From assembly GCA_977030845.1 (NCBI GenBank), contig OZ365112.1, positions 8,184,001 through 8,248,000 of the forward strand: a DNA stretch of 64,000 nucleotides, in the 5' to 3' direction. Under the pieces are notes generated by a model, which did no database searches, was not told where the DNA came from, and was given only the letters and a program-made list of their open reading frames with translations. Shown in pieces: positions 27,501-39,330 of this stretch; the stretch's first letter is position 1; the number at the start of each line of letters is the position of its first letter. The stretch is from Fimbriosthenelais zetlandica (taxonomy: Eukaryota). A program made the position numbers and the translations under genes.

Positions 27501-27563
27501 GGTTGATGCATTTGTACCCGAGTCGCTGTTTTGCGGTGACTGCATCAAGGCCTGCGGTGTCTG
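27501..27563. repeat. 63-bp segment, copy B of a perfect inverted duplication
   Basis: ggttgatgcatttgtacccgagtcgctgttttgcggtgactgcatcaaggcctgcggtgtctg is the reverse complement of 24649-24711; the flanks are unrelated. Confidence 0.97.
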
Positions 27564-28549
27564 TATCCCGATTGCATGGTAAATTAGAGACGTTAGCGCC
27601 ATGTAATGACGGCTAGCGCCCACCAAGCCAGTCAACAGGGATCAAAGAGAGCCCCCACCACTGCTAGATACAGGCGAGGTGCGGATAAAAATAAACTCCT
27701 TTACCACACAGGCTTCTCTCCCTATACCCGCCTACTAGCTTAGACAATGCTACGACTGCCTATTGGAATATATCATCACTTGGGATATTGTTCATATTGA
27801 AGGGTGTAGCCACGGGGTTTCCAGGTTTCCTAGAGACCAGCCCTAGTTTAAAAGCTTAATATTGGCCTACATGTATAGACAATTATATAGTCCTACATGC
27901 TAATGCTCAATGATGAAGGTCGCTTGGACATCCCATCCCCGCCCTACCAACCCCTCAAAGCTCCGTTCTGGCTAGACGCCGGATATAAAATATTATAGGA
28001 TCCAATTGCAGCATCTTATAAACACCTGTTTGATAAATAACATATATTATAATGTGACATAATGAGGGATAAAACCAGTATGGTAATTTAACTAACCTTA
28101 ATCTGTCAGAAGTTTAGTTCTGGCTTCAAGATTCAATGTAGTGGCTCAAGGGTTGCAAGTTCAGGCAAATAATTGTCATGGCCCAGTCCCTGAAATTGAC
28201 ATAAGAATAGGGATTAGCATGGGAATTAGGAAGGCATTAACTACTGGTGATAAATCACATGTATTGTACATAAAAGCGAATTACATAAAACCAGAATAAC
28301 GGGGGAGGTAGTGGAAGCAGTGCGGGAAGCCACCATGTGGACAACGGTAAGCCAAGACATGCAATGTTCAAAATGTGGGTCGCATTTTTATGTACACAGG
28401 ATTGATTTCAATGGCATGCTTCTTGAGTCATTAGTTTCTCTAAAGCTAACATGGTTCATGCATCTCCTATCTTATCACATTATGCAGATGGCCAAGATAT
28501 CAAGAGGCAGCCATGTTGAATATCCATTCCATTAAAGATAATCGTATTT

Positions 28550-29150
28550 TAATGTATTCCATATGGAATAGTTCCAGGAACTAAAAAGACATGTTTACTC
28601 AAAGACAGGCAAGAATTCCCCAGACATTTAAGAAAGATAAATTTCTTTTGGCTTAAGGAAGGAACAAGCTCAGCGAAAACAAACTGGGCATTTAATTTCA
28701 ACGCTTTTTGCTTCTGTTGTTTCCAGAATAAATTGGCATTTATTTGCATGATTGTGTTCACTGAGTGAACAAAGTGAACAGCGGCGGCCTTCATTCCCAG
28801 AAACAGAAAAATACAAATAACGATCTTCGTTTTAAAATCACTTTCTCCACTTTTCCCTTCAATGATCAGAAATTGAATTTCTTCACCACAGATGCTTAAA
28901 CCAATATTATTCAAAAGTTTAAATATTTTCAGCGGAAAGTAATAAGTTGCAGGCAGAAAACTTGTTATGATCTCCCTTGTGCTGATGGGAACAATATATT
29001 TAGGGAATACCTTTTGAGACTAAACAGGAAACCTTACTGCAGATGCCACTTGAGGGGCATTTATTGGTGGAAGCATGACCTGCAGGCATGCCCGGTGAAG
29101 CATGTATTTTATCTGGATGATGACAGCTTTCACAGTGTGTATTGTCACTG
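28550..29150 (-). mobile_element. Possible LINE ORF2 C-terminal remnant
   Basis: Weak motifs: 'SSGICSKV', 'KYIVPI', 'LSICGEEIQFL' (LS..GR..LI), 'NLFWKQQKQK', 'LGNSCLSLSK' (N.ALL.K). Confidence 0.25.
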
Positions 29151-29619
29151 CTGATAACAGCTAACTGGTCTGGGTGTCTAGATATAGGCCAGTATCACCC
29201 GGTGGGTGATCACCAGGCATTCTGCCTCATATCACTATTATCACTGTCAGTGATAACCAGGAACTATAGATGCTATGAGAGGATTACATGACAAGGTTCA
29301 TGTCTTTATCCAATGAGGAAGAATGATCTGGGACCTGAGATGGTTCATAATCAGGATCCGCCTCGTTAGCCAATGGTTGGGTTATAAGCATTATGCCAGG
29401 ACTGTTTCCTTGACTTTAGCCAGGTTGGCCCATCATTTGACCTGAACCCTGGCATCAAGGGTTTTGTTCATGAGTGGTTAGGCTATATGGGTAAAGTCCC
29501 ATGTCCACTGGGCAGTTTTCTAGACTTATGACAGGTTAGTCCATCAAAAGCTTAGAAAAATTGACTGACGAACACCAAGAAAATGGCCCAATAGATACGG
29601 GACATCGTACGTGCAGGTG

Positions 29620-30150
29620 GCTGGAAACTTTTCTCATTTACCTTTAAGAAACACATTTTAAAAATCCTCCTTTAGAAAGCCTCTTGCATTTTGTGGGAAG
29701 TTGACAATGATCAGAACAAGATTGTCACAAGTGAAGTTCTATCAACAAGGTGTACAGTCAGGCTTCTACAACATGCACCCATCCATGGGACCATCGCCAT
29801 GCAATGATTGGCAAGACATCTGCCTTTATTTGTCTTTCAGTGTTTAAAGCACAAAGACTGGCACTCAATCATGTCTGTTATTATTTACCCTGACAACCAT
29901 GTTCATCCCTACTGAAAACAAGTTAGGTCCAGGTGGGGAAAATCATTGCTGTCTCCTATTAAACATAATTTTCTCAGATAAAATTAATGTCCGAGTTCCA
30001 GGCCCTTCCTCTCACATCTTTTTAGTGATGGTAAAAAAAGCAATTTTGTGGCAAGCAATACTGCATAAGATCATCAAAAAAATTGTTTTGGTAATATGTC
30101 TACAAAATCAATTAGTAACAGCCTTTGTCCTTCAAGTAGGAACTTCGATG
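29620..30150 (-). pseudogene. PPR-like relic including an E-domain-like tail
   Basis: 'KDVRGRAWNSDI' (D...WN.MI), 'EHG.QG', 'PWMGACCRSLTVH' (W..LL.AC..H), 'LVTILF*SLSTSHKMQEA..RIFKMC..KG' (V.LSN.Y...G...A......M...G). Confidence 0.3.
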
Positions 30151-33100
30151 TGCCCATGTATCAAAGGTGAAGACGAGCCTGCAGAAGGGTCCGATAGATT
30201 CTGGCTGTTACAAGTAATGTGACCTTGTGGAGATGGCTATGTTTCTACTGCAGTATTGGGTAGTACAGGGTATATAGCATATATCACTATACAGAACTCC
30301 AGACACGCATTGTATGTCTAAATACTATCTAGAACCTCCTGCTTAGCTTCCTATGCAAGTTGTTCAAGGACCATGGTTCAGTTGCAATAAAATACCTCTG
30401 TAAATTTGGTTTTGTAAATCTACATAGAGAAACAGTATAAGGAAACATGGGTGCATGAAAGTGGTGCATTTAGATATTTACATGTACTCCTTATTCAAAT
30501 ATATCGTACATTACGTCTAATGTTTCATATTTGAAAGGATGTAAGGCGGCATTGAAGTGTCATATTATAGTGGAAGATGACAGAGACGAGTACATGTATG
30601 TACATTAAACATATCAATGGGGCTTAATGTTCCAGCACTGTCTCTCATCTAAATATAACTACTATATTTGCCCTACATGCACTTTATAACCAATGGAAGT
30701 GATTTTATAAATATGGACAGACACTTTCTACATGATCCATATTGTCAAAGCTCCGAGCCATGATGAAGGATGAAGAAGTGAAATGTCATGTTGCCATGGT
30801 GTCGCGTCATATTTTCCCTTTCCTCTCTGGCGTCTCTAATGTTTTACCTGAGATGAGGGATGCGTCAGAGTTTATCCTTCCCTCATCACTCATCTCAGAC
30901 ATTTCATAGTTTACTAATCATTCTGATTAAATTCTAATTAAAAACAACTCGGCGTGAAGTGCGGGAATATTAAGGGGTGGGACGTTGAAATTTTGGTGTT
31001 GAAATTTCAATAGTGTACAATCAGCTGTAATAAACAGCTAATACGATTATTCTCACGTTATAGATCGCTATGGGTAGCAATTAAATTCATATTCATTGAT
31101 TCCTGTTGCAGGTCTGATTTATGAAGGGCCTGGTGAAGCTATTATGCAGGAATAGAATGTTAAAGTGCGGGTATTTTTGAAGCGATGCATCGGACATGCA
31201 CCCTGACATTATCTGGATTTTATGACATCCATTTCTGGGAGTTTTAGGTGCATTAATCCCCAGATGTACATGGATCCTTTTTGGCTCCAGAACCGAGGCT
31301 TTCAGGGGTCAAGCCTAATCCTGCCGGACCCCTTATTATTGACCGGGATCTAGTACTGGACCCACTGACACAGTAAGAAAAGGCGGGGACAGTTCAGGCG
31401 CTTAAGCTGAGAGCTGGAAAAAGATCCTGAGAAAAGGCTTGGATGTCCATGGAGGGAGGGGAAGCAGGTGTTCAGGCCCTAACTTGGGTTATACATTATC
31501 TGACACAGAGTGCTCTGACAGCCTGGCTACCATTTAGTCCCAAGGCGGAGACGGCCAGCTGCCAAAGTACCACACTTTTCTCGCTTTTTTCCTGGCATAA
31601 GGAAGAAAAATTATCACAACCTTAAGTGTTCAAGAGATTCCGCTTTAAAAATATCAGTCCAGACTTTTAGTATCTGTACAAGTCAGAAAAACAAGTCTGA
31701 AAAATGTGGGGAAATGTGTTAAATGGAAATTGGTCCAAGTTCTTCCACCATTTTCCGACTAATTGCAGGATTAGACATTTAATGTGATTTACCATTTAAT
31801 ACCCGATTCCAGTTAATGCCTTCTTACAAACCCATTAGCTCAGTCTTTCAGTGTCCCAGTAGTCAAGTCTCTATAATCAGGGAATCGTATTTAATCGATG
31901 CTCTAGTGGCGACAGTAGGAAAGATGCAACATGACGGGAGGAGTGAAATGAGGGGTGGGAGGGATGATGAGTAGAGAAATAATAGTAGAACTTGGGGGTT
32001 GGGTGGGTGGGAGGGTGTGCATGAGGGGTTGTACTCATATATACACCCTCCAGCTGCTCAGATGGACTCAAAGGCGGTCAGTGGGTGAGCTGCTCAGAGG
32101 GCTTGCGTGGAGGGGCAAGGAAGCGAGCAGTTGAAGGAAGCAGGAAGCTTTGAGTGGGGCAAACGGCGCGAGAAAAGAGGAGTGGAAAGTACCAGGGTTG
32201 GCACTTTCATCTCTGATAATAGCCTGATTGGAAAGTGAGAGTGGTTGAGGGTGGACTGAAGCACATTGTTTTCTCACTACCAGACAGGTTGGCATCAGAG
32301 ACTAGTAATTGCAGGGGAGGATGGCATGGTTTTGCATGTACTGTATACTATCAACCTTTATCTGGATTTAGGTGGTATGTATAGATGACACTGTAGTTGA
32401 TATGACTCACTCAAGTAACTGTCAACTCCTTATTATCATCGGGAAATAAAATCTATTCAAAATCTAAAATGGTCTAGTATGAATGAAGTCTGGAAAGAAC
32501 ATAGAGTTCATGGAAATGATAATTCATTTGCATGGTTAATCAATTTAGTTTAGTTTTAGATCATTCATGGTATGGTAAGGGTTTGGATTATAATATTGTA
32601 ATAAGCTCCTCTCTGCCTATTTCCATAGCTATATAAAGTCCCAATAGCTTGTTTATCATGTCTCCGCAGTCACCCGTCTCCTGGGATATAGCAAGATTCA
32701 TCCTTGCATATAGATTAAATTTTCCCAATACCCAAAGCAAACATTATCTTAATGTGAGGGGGGTTGTGGCCGCTTATATAGTTAGATTAGGGCCTGACTG
32801 GCTGGGGGCAGTGTTAAGGTTGTCTTGATCGGGCCATCATAGTAATTGTGAGTGGCCCTGGCATTGCATGCTTCTCATACATGGGTCAAATCACTTATAG
32901 GCAACACGCAACCGAACCAGCGAGCAGAAAAACAGTCGTTCTGTCAAGGAAATGGACATTGAATATTGAATGGTTTCTTGGGAAAATTGTAGTATTGAGC
33001 AGTATAGAAAATATCAATGTATCAAGCGGGTTGCGAGGCGAATCATGTTTTTATTTAAAAACGGCATGAATTAAAAGTTAAGCCAACGCCCGCTCAAGGA

Positions 33101-33947
33101 CTCACCATAGGCTTATGTTGTCAACTTTTTTATGAACTCTTGGCTTAAAAGAGTCGCACATAAAAACCCTGATCATGAATCAACTGCGTTTCCCTATTCC
33201 TCCCCAAACCGAGTCGCCAAGTCGCCAAGAATAGAATAGGCAAATTTCTTCCACAAATAGAAGCCATTTCTCTCTTAAAACGATCAAATATTGCCTGAAT
33301 AAGAGCCAATAACGAAGCCATTACCCTCTAAAACAAAAACAACCTTAGAAATATCTCCTATATAGATGCACCAAGAGACCTATGAGATTGCAGTTCAACC
33401 GATTCGGTCATATCTTATTGGCAGGTTTTTAATATTTGAGACTTGTCCCGCAAGATGAATAACAGGCTAGCCTCCTGGCGATCTTATGTATTACTGGAAG
33501 GGCTTTTTGACGATCATTCACACAACTCCTGGCCACTTAAGTCGTACTGATTTGTGGTCAAGGGCCTGCTGTGTCGGCCATCAATATTATCAAGTGAGAC
33601 CTGTTTAGTCGTGAGAAACACTCAGTAGGCTATTCATCACTTTCAAATGAGAAATCGAGATGGCTTTTTTTCTCAGACCTACAGTCTCACTGGTTTGTCT
33701 AGATACAACGAAATTCAAAAATAATATTACATTACGGTGATGTAAATTGTATAATTTGCAGTGCGGAGAAATGTAATAGACTGAGGTTTAATATCCATGT
33801 AAAATTTACAGGAGGGTCATGTATTTCATTTTACAGAACTGATTTTACAGAATTGCACCTGTAAATTGCTAGCTATCCCTTTAAAAGGCTAAGAAAGAAG
33901 GGGAGACGGGGGTATATGCATATATGGGATTTATTCGACTTTCAACG

Positions 33948-34052
33948 CATGTGACATAGTATGTGGCATTACATGACGTAACGTGACGTGGCATAGTAGA
34001 ACATGACATGGCGTAATGTTGCATAACATGGTGAACTGAAATGTAACATGAC
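33948..34052. repeat. Degenerate 5-bp-period repeat (consensus RTRRC)
   Basis: atgac gtaac gtgac gtggc atagt agaac atgac atggc gtaat gttgc ataac ... gtaac atgac. Confidence 0.8.
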
Positions 34053-35639
34053 CGGTGTCAGGCAAATGTCTAAGAGAAGGTGTGACATGTGAATATCAAT
34101 GAATGTGGAAATACATGACAAAGCGACCAATAGTATTCTGTAAAACTCACAAGTCGTGACTATCCCTGGGGAAGCCTAGCAAACGGTGACATTTAGTAGG
34201 TGACCTTAGGCGTACCCGTAACTTAAGTGTCAGCCTCTAGGCAGGCTTGAGTGGCCTCGAACACCACCGAATGTGTCTATGTCGAAGAAACCAAGAAACG
34301 ACCAAGTAGTGACAAATACCCAATAAAGTGACTCAAATAATGGTAATACATAATACTTCGACCTTTGTGAGAAACATGTGACATAATGTAACCAAAGAAA
34401 CTTCACATAATAATACCAATATGACAATGCATGGAACACTCACCTCGACTGCCCTGTATGCCTGCTTGTGGAACAGTGACAAGCCTAGGTCGTGTCCAGA
34501 TCACCTCATGATCCTTATGAATATTTATGAGTAAGGCTCACCTGATGTCTAAGAATAATCAGTCATGGTCAGTGGTCACTGACCGGGGCTGATCCAAAAC
34601 TAGTTAGGGAATTTGCACATAGGTGTCACCATTGAAAGAAAGGGGGAGTTTAGACGTCTATAAGTTAAGATATTAGAAAGATATTCTACACAATAATATA
34701 TTTATTGCCATCGGAATGAATGGCAATAACAGCACCTGTGAACACAAACAGTCCTGTAATTTTACAGAACCCTTGTATTTTGTATTAAATCATGGACTTA
34801 GCAATGCCAAGTCTATTGCCATAATAATCTGTTTCAAATGGACTCATAATCTATTGACATTAGGCAACCATACATGAACAAATATTTTTGTCAAAACAAT
34901 TTTTACACTATTTTATAGATATTAGACAAATGTGTCTGGATAAGTCAGAATATCAACACCAGCCAAACAGTGCTGGTATTTTCAGTACAAACAAACACGG
35001 GAATACACGGCATGGAGGCGGCAGGGAGCACTTGACTGAGTGAAGGCATTTCGTGTTAGCTTCCTCAGGCCGCCGAAGGTCCTGTCAATCTGCATGTCAT
35101 GCCCTTTGGTATACTCTATAGCTTTACTCTGTTTCTGCCCTCTACTGCACCAAACCACAAACATTAACGGGCGATATCCGGGGCCTCAAGTCAATGGTTG
35201 GCCTTTTTGTAAGGAAATCCTCGCCTAACAAGTCTAGGGAATACCTGGTTTAGCACTGGTGGCATCCATAATTCATGTATAGGTGCATGTTACTGTCATA
35301 TGTATATTGTCCAAAGGCGTATAGGTAATGTTATTATTTCAGATTTCAGTTCACTCCATTTCATATAGATTAGCATCTTATCCATATCCAACAGAAACTG
35401 AGGGGTGAAATTATTTGAGAAATATGAATGTACAATAAATTTTACTATTTTTAATCGTAATTATCAAAGTACAGTTAGATGGGAATTTTAAAATGAAACT
35501 GTACATATTGCACATATCGAGATATATTTCACTTGCTGTTTCGGGCATGAGAAATAGGAGGAGAGATTTGGAAAAGCAGTTGAAGGAACAATGTTGTTTC
35601 AACACGTCTCCCTTCTATAGACATGCCCGTCCAAGCAAA

Positions 35640-35890
35640 TAAGGAGGAAAGCTTTAAGTGGCACACTTTTTTTCTAATGTTCATTTCCGTGTGGTGAAAT
35701 GGCCAACTGCAGGGCGACTTATTCCCTGTTATACTCAATTATAACACCCGCTCAGTGTGTTTTTCCTGGAAGAAAGTCAAATCATGGAGCACGACTCATG
35801 ATTCCACCATGAAATATTCATGCCACTGAGAATATTTTTCTCACGTTGGTGCAAAGAAAACTTCCTCGTTGTCACTCTTGATATTCTGTT
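35640..35890 (-). mobile_element. Possible Ty1/copia integrase remnant
   Basis: 'IKSDNEEVF' (LRSDNGGEF), 'EYF..S*VVLHDLT' (F....GI.H..T), 'RKKVCHLKL' (KP.V.HLKVFG). Confidence 0.35.
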
Positions 35891-37079
35891 GGAGCAAAAT
35901 AAGCATGCATCTGCATGGCACCGTGGGAATATTAACGGCAATAACTATATGTATACACAGATACGTTGGTACGCATATGCACAGACACTTTCTATATGAT
36001 CTATATTGAAATTTGCCAGTCTCGCTTTGCCTTCTGAAATTGGGTTGCATGAGTCGAACAGAATTGGAAGGATTATAGAAGGACTAGCAGTGTAAAATGC
36101 ACTAACTGGGAAATTACACAATTAAAAGCAATCGATTTCATTTAGAACCATTAAGTCTTCACCACTGCCTTTGCAGTCAAAAAGCGCAGGCCTATTTGGA
36201 GAGAAATATTCCCATTACATCTTATAAATTTGAAGGAGTCCTTGGATACAATTTCACCGTTGAATCCTATTTAAAGCCAGACATGGGCTTCAGCGTGACT
36301 AATCCTGAAAATTGCCAATCTCTTTTGAATTGGAATCAAATCAATATGAAATATAACCCTCCGCAATGAGAGATTGGGACTCGGGTCTGTTCGCGTACTT
36401 GCCCTCATTTTTTCAACGTATCAACAGACTGTCTATTGGTATTAACTAAAACAAAAAATCTCCAAAGCTGAGTTGGATTCAGGTCAGATATTTGTCTTTT
36501 GGTAACGATCATTTTCCCTTGATTGAAGCAAGGGATAAACACAATTTACGCTGTCCCCGCTGCTGGCGGCTGCTCGGAGCAGCTCACAGCGGTTCACGCT
36601 GCACGTACGGCGATAATCCGCTCTCACCGGATTATCCCTGTGCACGTTTAGCAGATCAATGGTAACGATGCTTCGTCCCGGGTTTGGGAGGCTATCCAAG
36701 GAGAAATATCCTTCAGGCGATGTCTATTTTCAGGGGCTTCACTTTTGTGGTGTGGAGATGAGGGAGGGGGCTGGCTATAGTACTATAGGGGTGGTCAATA
36801 GGGGTGGGGATGGAGAGGGAGGGGTGGGATGCCAGGCTTCTTCCCACGTTTAGCAACATCCATCAATACCTTCTATCCTGTACTGGTATAGACTGAGATT
36901 AGCATCTGATGTTCCCTTCCAGCTGTGACGTCTATCTATTCATGATGCAATCATTCTCACGCTATCAGAATAAGTGACCTATAGTCTATGATTTATCATC
37001 CATCCGCCTATCTGCACCAGATAAGGAATATATTATATTACAATAATGTCATTTTGTATTGAAAATAGCAGAGCTTGAC

Positions 37080-37830
37080 ATAACTCAAGCAATGGTGTAT
37101 GTGGCTTTGCAATCCTGTAGGCTATGTTGCTACATTTTGGCATCTAGACCAATGTGGTTGAACATTGGATTTGTTTCTAAATGTTTAGGCATTCCTATGT
37201 CGCTAGTCTACATGAAGTCTGAATCAAAGAATCTTCAAAATTGCATTGCCTTCTTTGAGGCAACATTTGACTCAAATATTTCATAGCTGTGGCATATAGC
37301 AGCTCAATAGGAAAGTTCATTGCAAACTTCTTGCCAAGTGCTGTAGGGGTTGGGAGCACCAGGGTGCATGGGGTAAAGGGGAACAAGGCAGTTGAGCTTG
37401 GCATCGATATAGGCCACCTACTGAGGTATTAAAAGCATATTTTTACCTGCAGAGCCTTTCAAGGGTTCTTTCCAAGGCTGATGATAATGGAGTCGGTAGA
37501 GAAATGGTCTGGGAGTGAGGCGCAGGCCTTGGTCGGTCCAGAGCTTGCTCCAATGTCATCAAATATAATAGGGAATGTAATAGTGTGTCCTTCCCCTTCT
37601 AACTCTCAGACCATCCCTCCATCTCTCTCCCTAACCAAGGCAGAGCTTTACCATGACCTTTTCCGTATGAAGTAGCCAATATTGTGGCCAGTAAACTTCG
37701 GCATTTTGCTCTGGCGCATTAACGCATAAAGAAGTACATCACAATCGTGAAAGAAAAGTTACCTGGGACATCCATGTAAGCAGTTGCAACTGCTGATGAA
37801 TTTGCCCATGGAGATAGGAAAAAATTTGTC
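37080..37830 (+). mobile_element. Ty1/copia RT C-terminus plus RNase H remnant
   Basis: 'SRP..IGFVSKCLGIP' (TRPD..VG.VSRY..P), 'SSNIIGNVI' (RSTSGYVF), 'QTIPPSLSLTKAEL' (Q..VALSTTEAEY), 'HKEVHHNRERKV..IHVSS' (KHI..HFIREKV), 'ADEF' (ADIFTK), in the correct order. Confidence 0.55.
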
Positions 37831-37949
37831 GGTTAAATTTATGTAACTTATCCTCAAATTTGCTATTAGATTTTAAGTAACTGGTTTTCTATGCATTCAT
37901 GGAAAGCACAATTATCTAGGTGATGAAACGGTTATTTAGATCTCAAATT

Positions 37950-38250
37950 TCTGATGGAAAGATCAAGTACTTTCACAATGACCTTTAATATAAGGCAACA
38001 AGCTTAATTGAGAGCCACTGACCAAGAAAAACTATCAGTTATGACTGTATCGTTTATCACCGATGTCTATACATATTAAACATATGGCCTCCATCAAGAT
38101 TTGCTCGTTTGGCTTCAACCTTGCCCCAAGCTTCTTTACAGCTTTCATGCCTTGCAATAAAACGCACGCTTCCCTGAGCAATGCGCCTCCAACGCTTTTC
38201 TGTATATTTTCTATCAGATTCTATGCCACATTGGTGGCCTCTGCCACCCC
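37950..38250 (-). mobile_element. Possible Ty1/copia gag (UBN2-like) remnant
   Basis: 'SCKEAWGKVEAK...MFNM' resembles TAKEAW..L...F...M; 'LIFPSEI*D' resembles LL..LP.EF. Confidence 0.25.
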
Positions 38251-39121
38251 ACTACCAGCCACCTGATTGCTATTGGTGGCTTCTTCACGCCAGAACTGCC
38301 TTCATCAAGACAACCATTGGGCCTTGTAAGATGGTTGCTGGTGTTTGGCCTTTAGGGCGTTGATTGCTAGTGCAACCTGACCCGACAAGCTTGCCCAGCG
38401 CTGGCCGGTCCCGGCTCCGGCACTCATTCCCGGCCATGCTTCAAAGTTTTAAGTGCACGACAAACATACTTCATGGGTCTGAACATCAGAGACAAGGCAT
38501 GATTAGCTCGTCGCTATAGTAGTCCACTGTTCTCCATCTATCTCTCGCTAAACTCCCTTTGTCTAATCCTCTAGTTCCTTACATACAACCTTCCCTTTCA
38601 CCTTTACTATACTGTCGTCTATGTCTGCTGCATGACACATATAACATTGTAAACTTTCATTTCCTTCTCTGTCATTTAACATCTCGTCTCTCGCCCTATC
38701 TGTGCTCTTCCTTTCTCTTGCTAACCTTTCCCTCACACTTCTGTCTCCCATTTCCTACCGCCTGTCAATATTACTTCCCTGACCAACACCGCACAATCAT
38801 GCACTATGAATCTCCCGCCCATTCTCACTAAAGCCCGTCATGCCTATTCCCATCCCAACACCCATCCTTCCCTGGGCATATTGCCCCTTGTCCCTGTGCT
38901 TCTATTTCACGGCTGTAGACACAAGGAGAAGCAATGAGCGAGCTGCTATCAAAACGAGTCTTGTCTTTCTGACCATCGTCTAGCGACCTTGTGGCCAAGT
39001 TAAACTGATTATAGCCGCTTCATGAGGCATCCAGGGTAGATTTCCACCCTCATGCACACTAAACCTTGTTATCCTATTCAATAGGGAGACATTCCCATGT
39101 TCATTTTACCTTTACAATGTT

Positions 39122-39330
39122 CTGGCCGCGGATTTCAATGCATGGCAAGAGGAGTGATTCGTTTGTATGCGGCGCCTCATTACACCATTGAATATCACTG
39201 GGCATATTAGCGCCCTCTATGAAGGGCACAGTGATCAATAGTGGAGGGCGTTGTCAGTTGTCAGTGAGGAATGTTAACTGTCAGTTTTAATCCCACCCCC
39301 TGTGTCTAAGGGCTGACCATCTCCTTGCAT
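39122..39330 (+). mobile_element. Non-LTR retrotransposon APE-type endonuclease remnant
   Basis: 'LAADFNAWQEE*' (AGDFNAW..EW) and a downstream, frameshifted 'ADHL' (SDH). Confidence 0.4.

Noticed and set aside
24649-27567. Interpreting the 63-bp inverted pair as Mutator-like TIRs with a ccgaattaaa/ccgattgcat TSD
   Set aside because: The TSD match is only 6/10, and the interrupted direct repeat resumes just inside the left copy instead of after the right copy, which contradicts a single TIR-element insertion.
36190-36410. Possible Ulp1-type protease tail (PQ..WDSGLFA)
   Set aside because: It needs a frameshift and lacks the catalytic His/Cys; too weak.
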